64,000 nt of DNA from Hydrogenophaga intermedia (GCA_943371025.1 CALRTC020000013.1:4292-68291), one strand, 5' to 3'. Counted from the first letter of the stretch, positions 1 to 9,731 are shown. Notes: a model not told the origin generated them from the sequence alone. Made by a program: numbers and translations.

Positions 1-1378
1 AGGGCGTGGCCAGATCGTGATAACCACAGGCCACGAAGGTGCGCGTGCCGGCATTTTCCCGCATGACTTTGCCGATCCACGGTGCCACGGTCAGGCCCGT
101 CTGCCGACCGGTGCGGTCGACGACCCAGTTCCATTTGGCGCCGATGCCGGTCAGGATCTTGTATTCCCGATCCATGTCGACGCCGAGATCGGCGAAATAC
201 TGGTTCATCGAGGCCGTGTAGGCGCCCGAGATGCCATAGAGCGAGGGATCGTTGTCCGGCGTATCACCGGCATCGTCGAAATCCCTGCCCTTGTAGCGGG
301 TATCCAGCCGGCCGATGGCATAGCCCTGGCTGCGCAGCAATTCCTTCTGGAAGCGCGGCCCGGAGACGCGAAGATTGTTGCGTTCGATGAAGTCCGGGGC
401 AAGGCCTGTATAAGCGGCCAGCTTGACCACCAGCGCCTTGCGTTCTGCCGCCGGCAGGCGCGCGCCCTTCAGCAAGGCCGGGGCATAGGTGGTGAGCGAA
501 TAGTCGCGCACTTCATTCAGGAATGCTTCCAACCCCTTGGACTTATCCTTGATCAGCCCGTAATGCCAAGCCGTGGCCGCGTAGGAAGGCAGGTAGGACC
601 AATAGGCGCTGTCACTGCCGGGAGCGAAGCTGAGCGCATCGAGATCGACGGCACCGGATATGATCAGCAACCCGTTGAAGGACACCCAGCTGGCCGGCGT
701 CGACAGATATCTGGCGACGGCGGCCGTGCGCACAGCGCCATAGCTTTCACCGCCCATATATTTCGGGCTGTTCCAGCGTTTATTGTCGGTCAGCCACTGA
801 CGGATGAACTGTCCGACGGAGGCTGCGTCCTCCTCCACGCCCAGGAAGTCCTTTTCCTCGCCCTTGCCGATGGCGCGGCTATAGCCTGTGCCGACCGGAT
901 CAATGAAGACCAGGTCGGTCACGTCCAGGATCGTGTCGGGATTGTCGATGATGGGATAGGGCGGGCTGCCGGCATCACCACCTTCACTGGGCACATCGAC
1001 CCGGCGCGGGCCGAAAACACCGATATGCAGCCAGACGCTGGCGGAGCCGGGGCCGCCATTGAACAGGAACGTGACAGGCCGGGCGGAACTGTCACGGACG
1101 TCCGACTTGATATAGGAAGTGGAGAAGATGCTGGCGGTCTCTTCGCCCTTGTCGTTCTTCAGGTGGGTTTCGCCGGCCAGGACACTGTAGTTGATACGAT
1201 TTCCATTGAAGGTGCCGACCTTTTCCTGGCGGAAATGCTTCGGCGCCGGGATCTTGTCCGACTTGTCGGCCTTCTGGTCGGCCTTCGCTTCCTGGGCCAG
1301 AACGGATGGCGCAGGGACGACAATGCCGCCCAGCAGGGCCAGCAGCGACAGGATGCTGAATATGCGGGATATCTTCAT
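1..1378 (-). CDS. Secreted serine carboxypeptidase, peptidase family S10 (partial; the C-terminus lies beyond the window start)
   Basis: Missing from the ORF track because the frame stays open to the window edge. My reverse-strand translation from the ATG (complement of 1376-1378, preceded by GGGAG) reads MKISRIFSILSLLALLGGIVVPAPSVLAQE (signal peptide), then FLFNGGPGSASVWLH and GGESYGAVR, which are S10-type oxyanion and Ser-nucleophile motifs. Third-position GC is high in this frame. The + ORF 17..1387 is its antisense shadow. Confidence 0.8.
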   Translation of the reverse strand, partial: MKISRIFSILSLLALLGGIVVPAPSVLAQEAKADQKADKSDKIPAPKHFRQEKVGTFNGNRINYSVLAGETHLKNDKGEETASIFSTSYIKSDVRDSSARPVTFLFNGGPGSASVWLHIGVFGPRRVDVPSEGGDAGSPPYPIIDNPDTILDVTDLVFIDPVGTGYSRAIGKGEEKDFLGVEEDAASVGQFIRQWLTDNKRWNSPKYMGGESYGAVRTAAVARYLSTPASWVSFNGLLIISGAVDLDALSFAPGSDSAYWSYLPSYAATAWHYGLIKDKSKGLEAFLNEVRDYSLTTYAPALLKGARLPAAERKALVVKLAAYTGLAPDFIERNNLRVSGPRFQKELLRSQGYAIGRLDTRYKGRDFDDAGDTPDNDPSLYGISGAYTASMNQYFADLGVDMDREYKILTGIGAKWNWVVDRTGRQTGLTVAPWIGKVMRENAGTRTFVACGYHDLATP

Positions 1379-1885
1379 GGGTGCTGATACTCCCTATGTT
1401 GTCCCATAGAGGTATCGTGCGCCGCTTGGATTCGGAAGGGACAATCGACCCCGGCGTCATCGCCGGACACAATGAAAGATAGGCACGGCGACCGGGGCGG
1501 GCCGCCGTGCCTGAAAGTTTCCGCACTTCGCCCTGAACCGAAAAGTGGGCCCGGTGGCGGGTAGGACCGGAGCGACGGCACGGGGCGCGGGGAGGTCCGG
1601 CTACGGAGGCCCGTTCCTGTGCGACGTCAACATTCCCGCCGCTGTCGTGGCGGAAAATCCGTGACCTTGGCAACCGGTGCCGGTTGTTTGGGTCGCATTG
1701 ATAGAAGCAAACCCCGGGCCACCCACCATATTTATGGTTTCCAACAGCCATTCCCAGGGAAACCGCGGGATTTCAATCACGGTGCCGGCAAGCGCGTCAG
1801 CCGGGGTCATTGCGAATTGCAAATATGTTTAGCATCCTGCAAGTCGATATTGCGTTTAGCAATGCCATGGACGATAATTGCCGTC

Positions 1886-3502
1886 ATGCCGAACGACGCC
1901 CCCCATATCCTGATCCTGGAACCCGCCCCGTCCTTGGCGTTGGCTTATGTCAACGCCTTGAAGCGCGATGGCTATCGGCTGTCGGTGGTGGAAGGGGCAA
2001 CCGCCACGCGTGACCGCCTGGCCGCCGGGGATGTCGACCTGCTGCTGATCAATCTGCAGCTGCCGGATGGCAGCGGGACAGAAAGGCTGCGGGAATGGCA
2101 CCAGGCGGGGCTGGTGCCGCGTGCCATCGCCCTGACAGCGCAGGGATCGGTACAGGTGGCTGTGGACGCCATGCGTGCAGGCGCCGCGGATGTGCTGCTT
2201 CTGCCCGTCGGGACGGAGCGGCTGCGCAGTGCTGTTGCCACCGCCCTGGAACAGACGGCCGAAGCAGCACCTGCCCCGGCATCGACCACACCGGGCGGGC
2301 GGGCGGGACGCAAGGGGGGCAAAGGGACTGCGGTCGCCAGCGCCATGGACGACCCCAACGCCTTTTTCGGCTTCATCGGCGCGTCGCCTCAGATGAAGTC
2401 CGTCTATCGTCTGATCGATGCAGCGGCGCCGTCCAAGGCCACCGTTTTCATCACAGGGGAAAGCGGTACCGGTAAGGAGGTCTGTGCCGAGGCCATCCAT
2501 CGCCGCAGCCCGCGTTCGGCCGGTCCCTTCATCGCCATCAACTGCGCGGCGATCCCGAAGGACCTGATGGAGTCGGAAATTTTCGGCCATGTGAAGGGAG
2601 CCTTCACTGGGGCGGCCACCGAGCATTCGGGTGCAGCGCTGCAGGCCGATGGCGGCACCCTGTTCCTGGACGAGATCGGGGAGATGGACCTGTCTTTGCA
2701 GGCCAAGCTGCTGCGCTTTTTGCAGACGGGCATGGTCAAGAAGGTGGGCAGCGAGAAGCTGGAGCCGGTGGATGTGCGCATCGTCTGTGCCACCAACCGT
2801 GACCCCTATGCCGAGGTGCAGGCCGGCCGCTTCCGCGAGGACTTGTTCTATCGCCTGCAGGTCATTTCCATCGAACTGCCGCCGTTGCGGGAGCGTGGTG
2901 AGGATATCCTGCTGATCGCGCGGCACTTCCTGGCCAAATATGGACAGGAGGAGCGCAAGGAATTCAAAGGCTTCAGCGCCGACGCGGAAGAGATTTTGCG
3001 CAATTACGGCTGGCCCGGCAATGTGCGCCAGTTGTTGAACGTGGTGCGCAATGTGGTGGTGCTGAATGATGGGGACGAGATCCGGCCCTTCATGTTCCCA
3101 CCGCCGCTGAACAAGCCGACCATGATCGTACCGCCGATGCTGCAGGATCCGCGATGGGCAGCGATGGCGGGGCCCTTGGCCAGCCAGATCGGACAGGCAT
3201 TTCCCGCGCTGGCCAGGCCGCCGGCGGGGGCGTTCGCGGGTCTGGGCATTCCAGGCGTTCCCATTCCAGGCATTGGGGCCTCCCCACCGCCATCGGCCGC
3301 TGCACCGTCAGCCCCGGCATCAGGCGCTGATCAGGGTTGGGATGGTGGGGAGGCAAAAATTCGTCCCCTCTGGATGGTGGAGGAGGAGACGATCGAGGAA
3401 GCGATCCGGCTGTGCCACGGCAATATCACCCGTGCGGCCGCACTGCTGGAAATCAATCCCTGCACCATCTATCGTCGTCGGCAAAAGAAGCGTGCGGGCT
3501 GA
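1886..3502 (+). CDS. Sigma-54-dependent transcriptional activator (NtrC-family bEBP) with a degenerate N-terminal receiver
   Basis: ORF 1619..3502. The internal ATG at 1886 (MPNDAPHILILE) opens a receiver-like domain. The AAA+ module has Walker A GESGTGKE, ESEIFGH and the GAFTGA loop (GHVKGAFTGA). A long Pro/Ala-rich linker precedes a Fis-type HTH (CHGNITRAAALLEINPCTIYRRRQK). The start codon is less certain than the call. Confidence 0.85.
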   Translation: MPNDAPHILILEPAPSLALAYVNALKRDGYRLSVVEGATATRDRLAAGDVDLLLINLQLPDGSGTERLREWHQAGLVPRAIALTAQGSVQVAVDAMRAGAADVLLLPVGTERLRSAVATALEQTAEAAPAPASTTPGGRAGRKGGKGTAVASAMDDPNAFFGFIGASPQMKSVYRLIDAAAPSKATVFITGESGTGKEVCAEAIHRRSPRSAGPFIAINCAAIPKDLMESEIFGHVKGAFTGAATEHSGAALQADGGTLFLDEIGEMDLSLQAKLLRFLQTGMVKKVGSEKLEPVDVRIVCATNRDPYAEVQAGRFREDLFYRLQVISIELPPLRERGEDILLIARHFLAKYGQEERKEFKGFSADAEEILRNYGWPGNVRQLLNVVRNVVVLNDGDEIRPFMFPPPLNKPTMIVPPMLQDPRWAAMAGPLASQIGQAFPALARPPAGAFAGLGIPGVPIPGIGASPPPSAAAPSAPASGADQGWDGGEAKIRPLWMVEEETIEEAIRLCHGNITRAAALLEINPCTIYRRRQKKRAG

Positions 3503-3528
3503 AGCGCCCGGGGAAAGAAAGAACAGCC

Positions 3529-3855
3529 ATGATTACCGAGATCCGGCACATCATCTTCTCGAACGATGAACTGAAGCTGGTATTCCAGTCTGTGCCGCTG
3601 GAGGGATTCGATCCTTCGCGCCGGATCACACGTATCCAGGTGGTGGAAGGGCCGCCGCCCTCCATCCGCATCCAGAGCGAGGCACCGGGCGCTCCGGCCC
3701 AGCGCAGCGAGGTGGAGGTTGAAAGCTATCAACTGGCCCGCCTGATCGTCGCCTATTGCCGGGACAAGAAGATCCCGCTGCCCAAGGATGCACTGAAGAC
3801 CATCCACGCGCAGGGCGACGCGCTGTGCTTTTCGATCATGAGCACACTTGGCTGA
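3529..3855 (+). CDS. Hypothetical protein, 108 aa, no recognisable family
   Basis: Internal ATG of ORF 3337..3855 (MITEIRHIIFSNDELKLVF...), 27 nt after the activator stop. Codon usage is GC3-rich like its neighbours. The upstream part of the ORF overlaps the activator in another frame and reads as junk. Confidence 0.6.
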   Translation: MITEIRHIIFSNDELKLVFQSVPLEGFDPSRRITRIQVVEGPPPSIRIQSEAPGAPAQRSEVEVESYQLARLIVAYCRDKKIPLPKDALKTIHAQGDALCFSIMSTLG

Positions 3856-3943
3856 CCCTATCCGCAGGGTGTGGTGACCCGGGTTGGATTCATGCCAGTG
3901 ATGGCCTATAGTGTGATCATCACTTTTGCCGGGTTGCCGCATC

Positions 3944-4138
3944 ATGCAGATCAATTCCTCCGCCGCCTATGCCTCGGCCATCAGCCTGTCGCAGGGGCGC
4001 AGCCAGTTGCAGACGGAGCAGATCAAGCAATCGTCGCAGCAGGACACGCAAGTCACCTCGCTGCTGGCCGGTGGCACCGGCTCGACCAAAGCGGCGCCGA
4101 CCGGTGGCCGTGGCCAGATTGTGGACATCACGGCCTGA
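3944..4138 (+). CDS. Small 64-aa protein, tentatively YjfB-like (putative motility protein family)
   Basis: MQINSSAAYASAISLSQGRSQ...GGRGQIVDITA. Its size, Ser/Gln-rich N-terminus and C-terminal G-x-x-(I/V)-D-(I/V)-x-A ending resemble PF14070 members. GC3-rich codons, and a strong terminator follows directly. The family assignment was made by eye only. Confidence 0.5.
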   Translation: MQINSSAAYASAISLSQGRSQLQTEQIKQSSQQDTQVTSLLAGGTGSTKAAPTGGRGQIVDITA

Positions 4139-4165
4139 TCTCTGGTTTCGACCGAATTATGTGAG

Positions 4166-4198
4166 AAGCCCCGGCGCACCACCGGGGCTTTTTGTTTG
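4166..4198 (+). terminator. Rho-independent terminator between the convergent small ORF and gspD
   Basis: Stem aagccccgg / ccggggctt, 7-nt loop, then tttgtttg. Confidence 0.7.
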
Positions 4199-4202
4199 AC
4201 GG

Positions 4203-6308
4203 TCAGGAACCGGGGGACGGGTTCAGGCTGCGCAGGCGGGAGACCAGTTCGCCCGTGACCGCTTCGGCCTCTGTCGCATCGCGGATGACGCGCGGGGTGA
4301 TGAAGACGATCAGTTCGGTACGTTCCACCTTGTTGCTGCGTTCGGAGAACAGGGCGCCCAGGCCGGGGATGGATGAGAGCACCGGCACCCCGTTGCGCCC
4401 TTCCGTCTGCCGGTCGGAGATCAGGCCGCCCAGCGCCACGGTCTGGGCGGAGCGCACGGCCACATTGGATTGCAGCACGCGCTGCGAGATGGTGGGGGTC
4501 AGAGTGCCGGAATTGCGGGTGCCCGATACATTGGACACTTCCTGGCGCACCTCCATCGTCACCATGCCGCCCTGGCCGATGCGGGGGATGACGCGCAGGA
4601 TGACGCCCGTATCCTGGAAATCCACATTATTGACCAGGGCGGCATTGGCGCTGCTGAGGTCGGTGGCCTGTTTGGTGATGACGGGCACGCGGTCGCCCAC
4701 CTTCAGCAGCGCTTCCTGATTATCCAGCACCACCACCTGGGGGGAAGAGACGACGCGCACATCCGTCACCTCTGACAGGGCGGACAGCACGGCACGGGGA
4801 TCGCCCCCGCCAGAGGCGAAGACCAGATTGAAGCCCGGCACCTGGGAGATGGGCGATGGGCCCTTTTCATTCAGGGTGAAACCGCCGAAGCGCTGCCCGT
4901 CGCCGCTGCGGAAGAAGCTTTGCACGCCATAGCGCAGGGCGTCGTTCAAGGTCACTTCCGCGATGGTGGCTTCGATCAGCACCTGCAAGGGCGCGACGTC
5001 CAGGCGGCGGATGGCGGCTTCCACCATCCGGTCTTCTTCTGGATTGGCATAGACGATGATGGCGTTGCCGCGCGGGTCGGCCATGGTACGCAGGGCGTCG
5101 GTCGGCCTGGCCTCCCCTGCCCCCGCGACAGGCGCAGCGCCGCCGCCGCTGGCCACCAGTTGCGCGGTCTGGTCCAGGGCCTGGCCATTGGCGCCCGGTT
5201 CCTGCATGGCCAGCTTGCCCTCTGCTTGGCCGGGCGGGGTGACGGCACTGTCGCTGCGCGTCTCGCTGCCCAGCATGCGGCCCAGGATGCGGGCCACGTC
5301 GCCGGCCTTGGCATGCTGCAACGGATGGACATGGATGGTGCGAGCATTGGCCTGCCCGATATCCAGGCGCGCGATCCAGCCCCGCACTTCCTCCAGCCGA
5401 CGGGCATCGGCGGCGACAACCAGCACGCCATTGACCCTGTCCACGGGCAGCAATTGCAGGCCCGACCCCATGCCGCCACTGGGTCCGTCGAAAATGGCCT
5501 GCAATTCGCGGATGACGGGACCGGGCGCGCCCTGGGTCAGGGGGAAGATGCCGACGGAGCGCCCCTGCATCCAGTCGACATCGAAGGAACGCGCAGCGGC
5601 CACCATGGCCGCCCGTTCCGCCCCCGTGCCGGCCACGACCAGCAGATTATAGCTGGCATCGGCCACGATGCTGGCGCCCGACTGGTAAAGTGGTTCCAGC
5701 AACTTCTGCATCGAGGGGGCGGAGACAAAACGCAGGGGCAGGACGGAGATGCCGAAGCCCGGTGTGCCGGCCGCCGCTTCGGCATTCATGGCCAGCCGCG
5801 CCTCGGCCAGCGGCACGATGGCATAGCCGGACGCGGTGCGCGTCAGGGCGGCGCCGTTGGCGCGCAGCACGCTTTCCAGCAGGCCCAGCACGTCGCGCGC
5901 CGAAAGGCGGCGCCCGCCATGCACAGTGACGGTGCCGCGCACCAGCGGATGGACGGAATAGGCCTGGCCCAGCATGTCGCCCAGCAGGGCCTTCACCACC
6001 GTGGGCAGGTCCGCCTCTTCGAAGGCCACGTCGAATTCGGGATTGTCGGACAGCGGGGCGGCCGGCGAGGTGGTCGTCACCGCCAAGCCGGACCTGCCGC
6101 TGCCGGGCACCAGGATCGGCTCGGTCATGGGGGCCGGGGGCGGTCCGCCCGTCTCCGCCGGCCCCGGGGTGGCGCGCATCGACAGGCCCAGCCGGTCAAG
6201 CGTGGGGCGCAGGCTGCCATCAGCTGGCGGGCGCTGTTGACAACCGGCCAGGGCCAGCACGGCCAGCAGACCGGTGGCCAGGGACAGGCGGGGGATGCGG
6301 GGGGGCAT
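4203..6308 (-). CDS. gspD: Type II secretion outer-membrane secretin GspD with a lipoprotein signal peptide
   Basis: ORF 4203..6506. The internal ATG at 6308 gives MPPRIPRLSLATGLLAVLALAGCQQ (lipobox LAGC). N-domains are followed by a secretin core (VVSSPQVVVLDNQEALLKVGDRVPV...LGGLISD...VPVLSSIPGLGALF). Confidence 0.9.
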   Translation of the reverse strand: MPPRIPRLSLATGLLAVLALAGCQQRPPADGSLRPTLDRLGLSMRATPGPAETGGPPPAPMTEPILVPGSGRSGLAVTTTSPAAPLSDNPEFDVAFEEADLPTVVKALLGDMLGQAYSVHPLVRGTVTVHGGRRLSARDVLGLLESVLRANGAALTRTASGYAIVPLAEARLAMNAEAAAGTPGFGISVLPLRFVSAPSMQKLLEPLYQSGASIVADASYNLLVVAGTGAERAAMVAAARSFDVDWMQGRSVGIFPLTQGAPGPVIRELQAIFDGPSGGMGSGLQLLPVDRVNGVLVVAADARRLEEVRGWIARLDIGQANARTIHVHPLQHAKAGDVARILGRMLGSETRSDSAVTPPGQAEGKLAMQEPGANGQALDQTAQLVASGGGAAPVAGAGEARPTDALRTMADPRGNAIIVYANPEEDRMVEAAIRRLDVAPLQVLIEATIAEVTLNDALRYGVQSFFRSGDGQRFGGFTLNEKGPSPISQVPGFNLVFASGGGDPRAVLSALSEVTDVRVVSSPQVVVLDNQEALLKVGDRVPVITKQATDLSSANAALVNNVDFQDTGVILRVIPRIGQGGMVTMEVRQEVSNVSGTRNSGTLTPTISQRVLQSNVAVRSAQTVALGGLISDRQTEGRNGVPVLSSIPGLGALFSERSNKVERTELIVFITPRVIRDATEAEAVTGELVSRLRSLNPSPGS

Positions 6309-6330
6309 GGTCTGGTTCCTGCGGGCGCGG

Positions 6331-6756
6331 TCAGCGGCTGGTGATGTCCTGATCCTCGTCCGCCCCACCTTCCCGCCCATCGCGGCCCAGGCTGATGATG
6401 CGGAACGCGGCGCCGTCGGCAGGACTGCGATAAAGGTAGTCATGCGCCCACGGGTCCTTGGGCACCTGTCCGTCGCGCAGATAGGGGCCGTTCCACCCGA
6501 CCACACCCGGATTGGCGACCAGCGCCTTCAACCCCTGCTGTTCGGTCGGATAGAGGCCGACATCCAGGAAGTACAGCTCCAGCGCCGATTTGAACCCCTC
6601 CATCTGGATATTGGCGGCCTTGGTTTTGGAACTGCCCAGATAGCCCAGCACCTTGGGCCCGACAAAGGCCGCCAGCAGCCCGATCAGGACCAGAACCACC
6701 AATAGTTCGACAAGGGTGAAGCCTTCTTCGCCCTTCTTTGCGGTGATTGTAATCAT
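6331..6756 (-). CDS. gspG: T2SS major pseudopilin GspG
   Basis: Prepilin leader and cleavage motif KKGEEG/FTLVELLVVLVLIGLLAAFVGPKV, then the GspG-type body (DVGLYPTEQQGLKALV...DPWAHDYLYRSP). Confidence 0.92.
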   Translation of the reverse strand: MITITAKKGEEGFTLVELLVVLVLIGLLAAFVGPKVLGYLGSSKTKAANIQMEGFKSALELYFLDVGLYPTEQQGLKALVANPGVVGWNGPYLRDGQVPKDPWAHDYLYRSPADGAAFRIISLGRDGREGGADEDQDITSR

Positions 6757-6945
6757 TTCATAAGTTTCCGCGGCGCGTGAATCGGCGTATTTGTCGATTC
6801 TATATTAAATGACTCACTAAAAATTCTGACCATATGTCTTTAATATGTCGAGTGCATTTGTGTTTCTGCCAAGTTTCTGTTGTGGAGTCTATAGATCGTC
6901 CCCGCTACCCTGTTCCAGGACTTCAGACATGGAAAGGATGGGCAG

Positions 6946-8508
6946 GTGGGCACCGGCACGGGCGACAGTGCGGATCTGGGCAAGGGGGCTGCCGGGCCCC
7001 TGCCCGTCGTCCTGCCCGTGGATTGGGCCGCAGCCCCGGACCTGTCGGACCAGTTGGCCCCCGCCTTCCTGCGTCAGCGCGGATTGTTTCCGCTGCATGT
7101 CCAGGGTGGACGGCTGCGGGTCGCCATGGCGGACCCCACGGACAGCGATGCCATCGACCTGATCGGTTTTGCCACGGGTCAGCCGGTGGAGCCCGTGCCC
7201 GCCGGTGCGGCGGAGATCGCGGCGGCCCTGGATCAGCGTTATGGCGGCGCCCCCAGCGTCATGGACCGCATCGTCGGCGCCCTGTCCGACGGGGACGAGG
7301 GCGGGGACGAGGTCGACCGGCTGAAGGATCTGGCCAGCGAGGCGCCGGTGGTCCGACTGGTCAACCATCTGATCGAGGAGGCGGTGCGCCACCGCGCGTC
7401 GGACATCCATCTGGAGCCGTTTCCCGGCCGGCTGGATCTGCGGCTGCGCATCGACGGCATGCTGCACGACATGCCGCCACCACCGGCGCAGCTGGCCCGC
7501 GCCGTCATTTCCCGCATCAAGATCCTGGCCCAGATGAACATTGCCGAACGCCGCCTGCCCCAGGATGGGCGCGTCAATATGGAGATCGACGGACGGCGTC
7601 ACGATCTGCGCGTGGCCACCATGCCGACGGTCCATGGCGAAAGCGTCGTCATCCGCCTGCTGGACCCCGGTGCCGCCGTGCGCGGGCTGGATGCGCTTGG
7701 CCTGCTGCCCGATGATCGCGACCGGTTGCGTCAGATGGTCGACCTGCCGCACGGTCTGATCCTGGTCACCGGGCCCACAGGCAGCGGCAAGACCACGACG
7801 CTGTACGCGGCCCTGGGCCTGATCGATGCCGGGGCCCGCAAGGTGATGACGGCCGAAGACCCGGTCGAATATCAGATCCCGCGCGTCAACCAGGTGCAGG
7901 TGAAGCCGCAGATCGGCCTGACCTTCGCCCATGTGCTGCGGGGTTTTATGCGCCAGGACCCGGATGTGCTGCTGGTCGGTGAAACCCGCGACCGGGAGAC
8001 GGCGGAGGTGGTGGTGCATGCCGCCCTGACCGGGCATCTGGTGCTGAGCACGCTGCACACCAATGATGCGGCCGGGGCCGTGGTCCGGCTGGTCGACCTG
8101 GGGGTCGAACGGTTCCTGCTGGCCTCCACCCTGCGGGCCGTGGTGGGGCAGCGGCTGGTGCGGGTACTGTGCCCGCATTGCAAGCAGGCCGTGCCCGCCG
8201 ACCCGTTGGAACATCAGATCCTGATGGATGCGGGGCTGGCCGGCCACGAAACGCCGGTCCTGTGTGCGCCGGCGGGGTGTGAGCGCTGTGGCGGCACGGG
8301 CTATACGGGGCGTGTCGCCATTGTCGAACTGCTGGTGCTGGATGATGCCATGCGCCTGCTGATCACCACGGGCGCCGATGCCGCCGCCATCCAGGCGGCC
8401 GCCCGCCAGCGCGGCGTGCGCACCATGGCCCAGGATGGGCTGCGCAAGGTGCTGGCCGGGGTGACGACGCTGGCGGAAGTCAACCGCGTCACCGATCTGG
8501 TGGTTTAG
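6946..8508 (+). CDS. gspE: T2SS assembly ATPase GspE
   Basis: GTG start as listed. N-terminal T2SSE_N-like region, Walker A GPTGSGKTTTLYA, GETRD, LTGHLVLSTLHTN, and a tetracysteine motif CPHC...CERCGGTGY. Confidence 0.92.
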   Translation: MGTGTGDSADLGKGAAGPLPVVLPVDWAAAPDLSDQLAPAFLRQRGLFPLHVQGGRLRVAMADPTDSDAIDLIGFATGQPVEPVPAGAAEIAAALDQRYGGAPSVMDRIVGALSDGDEGGDEVDRLKDLASEAPVVRLVNHLIEEAVRHRASDIHLEPFPGRLDLRLRIDGMLHDMPPPPAQLARAVISRIKILAQMNIAERRLPQDGRVNMEIDGRRHDLRVATMPTVHGESVVIRLLDPGAAVRGLDALGLLPDDRDRLRQMVDLPHGLILVTGPTGSGKTTTLYAALGLIDAGARKVMTAEDPVEYQIPRVNQVQVKPQIGLTFAHVLRGFMRQDPDVLLVGETRDRETAEVVVHAALTGHLVLSTLHTNDAAGAVVRLVDLGVERFLLASTLRAVVGQRLVRVLCPHCKQAVPADPLEHQILMDAGLAGHETPVLCAPAGCERCGGTGYTGRVAIVELLVLDDAMRLLITTGADAAAIQAAARQRGVRTMAQDGLRKVLAGVTTLAEVNRVTDLVV

Positions 8509-8523
8509 GGCCCGGGGGACGCG

Positions 8524-9726
8524 ATGGCGAAATTCAGCTATGCCGCCGTCCAGCGTGACGGCAGTCCCGTCAGCGGCCTGCTGGACGCCGACGACGAAGC
8601 GGCGGCCCTGGCCCAGGTGCGGTCGGCAGGACAGCTGCCCTTGAAGGTCACGCGGGTGAGGCCCGGCCACGGTCGGTTCCTGCAGCGCAGTGTGCGGCGG
8701 TCGGATATGGACGTCATCCTGTTCACGCGCGAATTGCTGCTGCTGATGAAGGCGGGGCAGCCGCTGGAACGGGCCCTGACCCTGCTGGCCGGCGGTCTGG
8801 CGCCGCGCGGATTGCGGGGTGCCCTGGACGAGGTGCTGGGACAGGTGCGCGCCGGTATCGGGTTGGCCGATGCGCTGGACAAGGTGGGTGGCTTTCCCCG
8901 TCTGTTCATCGCCATCGTGCGGTCGGGTGAAGGCGGCGGGGTGCTGGATCTGGCGCTGGGGCTGTCGGCCGACCTGATGGAACGGTCGCGCAAGCTGCGC
9001 GACGGGCTGACCTCTGCCCTGGCCTATCCCACCATTCTGGCCTTCATCACCGTGGCCAGCGTGGCGATGATGCTTCTGCATGTCGTGCCCATGTTCGAGC
9101 CGATGTTCGCGCGGTCGCTGGATCAACTGCCCCTGCCGACCCGCGTGGTGCTGGCGGCATCCGCTTTTGCCCGGACGGAGGGTGAAGGAGTGGCGCTGGC
9201 CCTGTCGGTACTGCTGCTCTGTTGCCTGTGGCTGGGGCGGCAGCGGTTCGCGCGGGTCTGGTGGCATGGGGTGGTGCTGCGCCTGCCCGTGGCCGGGCCG
9301 CTGGTCGCCATGGCGGCCACGGCGCAGTTTGCCCGTACCCTGTCGGTGCTGCTGCATGCCGGCATGACCCTGAACCTGGCCCTGCCGCTGGCCGGGCGCA
9401 CCCTGACCAACAGCCGCATGCAGGAGGCGGCGACATCCATGCATGCCAGTGTGCGCGACGGGCGCCCCCTGACGGCGGGCCTGCCACCCGGCCACCCCAT
9501 CCCCGATCTGGCCGTGCAACTGATCCGGGTGGGGGAGGAAAGCGGGCGGCTGGACGAGGTGCTGCGCCATATCGCGGAGATGTTTGAAACCAAGGTCGAA
9601 ACCGGGCTGAAGCGTCTGCTGACCATTCTGGAACCCGCCTGCATCGTCACCATGGCCGCCATCATCGGCGGTGTGGTCGTGTCCATCCTGCTGGCCCTGG
9701 TGTCGATCAATGCGCTGGCGACTTGA
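8524..9726 (+). CDS. gspF: T2SS inner-membrane platform protein GspF
   Basis: 400 aa with a duplicated T2SSF-type domain (LLLLMKAGQPLERALTLL... and ...LSVLLHAGMTLNLALPLA). It starts 16 nt after gspE. Confidence 0.92.
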   Translation: MAKFSYAAVQRDGSPVSGLLDADDEAAALAQVRSAGQLPLKVTRVRPGHGRFLQRSVRRSDMDVILFTRELLLLMKAGQPLERALTLLAGGLAPRGLRGALDEVLGQVRAGIGLADALDKVGGFPRLFIAIVRSGEGGGVLDLALGLSADLMERSRKLRDGLTSALAYPTILAFITVASVAMMLLHVVPMFEPMFARSLDQLPLPTRVVLAASAFARTEGEGVALALSVLLLCCLWLGRQRFARVWWHGVVLRLPVAGPLVAMAATAQFARTLSVLLHAGMTLNLALPLAGRTLTNSRMQEAATSMHASVRDGRPLTAGLPPGHPIPDLAVQLIRVGEESGRLDEVLRHIAEMFETKVETGLKRLLTILEPACIVTMAAIIGGVVVSILLALVSINALAT

Positions 9727-9731
9727 TTATG

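Noticed and set aside
1470-1520. 10-bp-stem hairpin (aggcacggcg...cgccgtgcct) in the 500-bp region between the S10 peptidase and the activator; considered as a possible riboswitch, attenuator or sRNA terminator.
   Set aside because: I could not match the surrounding sequence to any riboswitch class I know. The U-tract on the minus strand is weak (tatctttcattg), and there is no supporting conservation information. It is worth a cmscan but is not claimable.
6889-9570. 893-aa ORF on the minus strand spanning gspE and gspF. Similar long ORFs occur at 17..1387 (+), 4920..6344 (+), 11971..14241 (-), 34894..37356 (+), 40627..42276 (-) and elsewhere.
   Set aside because: They are antisense or off-frame shadows of well-supported genes. 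The translations are Arg/Gly/Pro/Gln/His-rich low-complexity strings with no motifs, and the opposite frame carries the GC3-rich codon usage and recognisable domains. Long stop-free antisense frames are expected in ~65% GC DNA.
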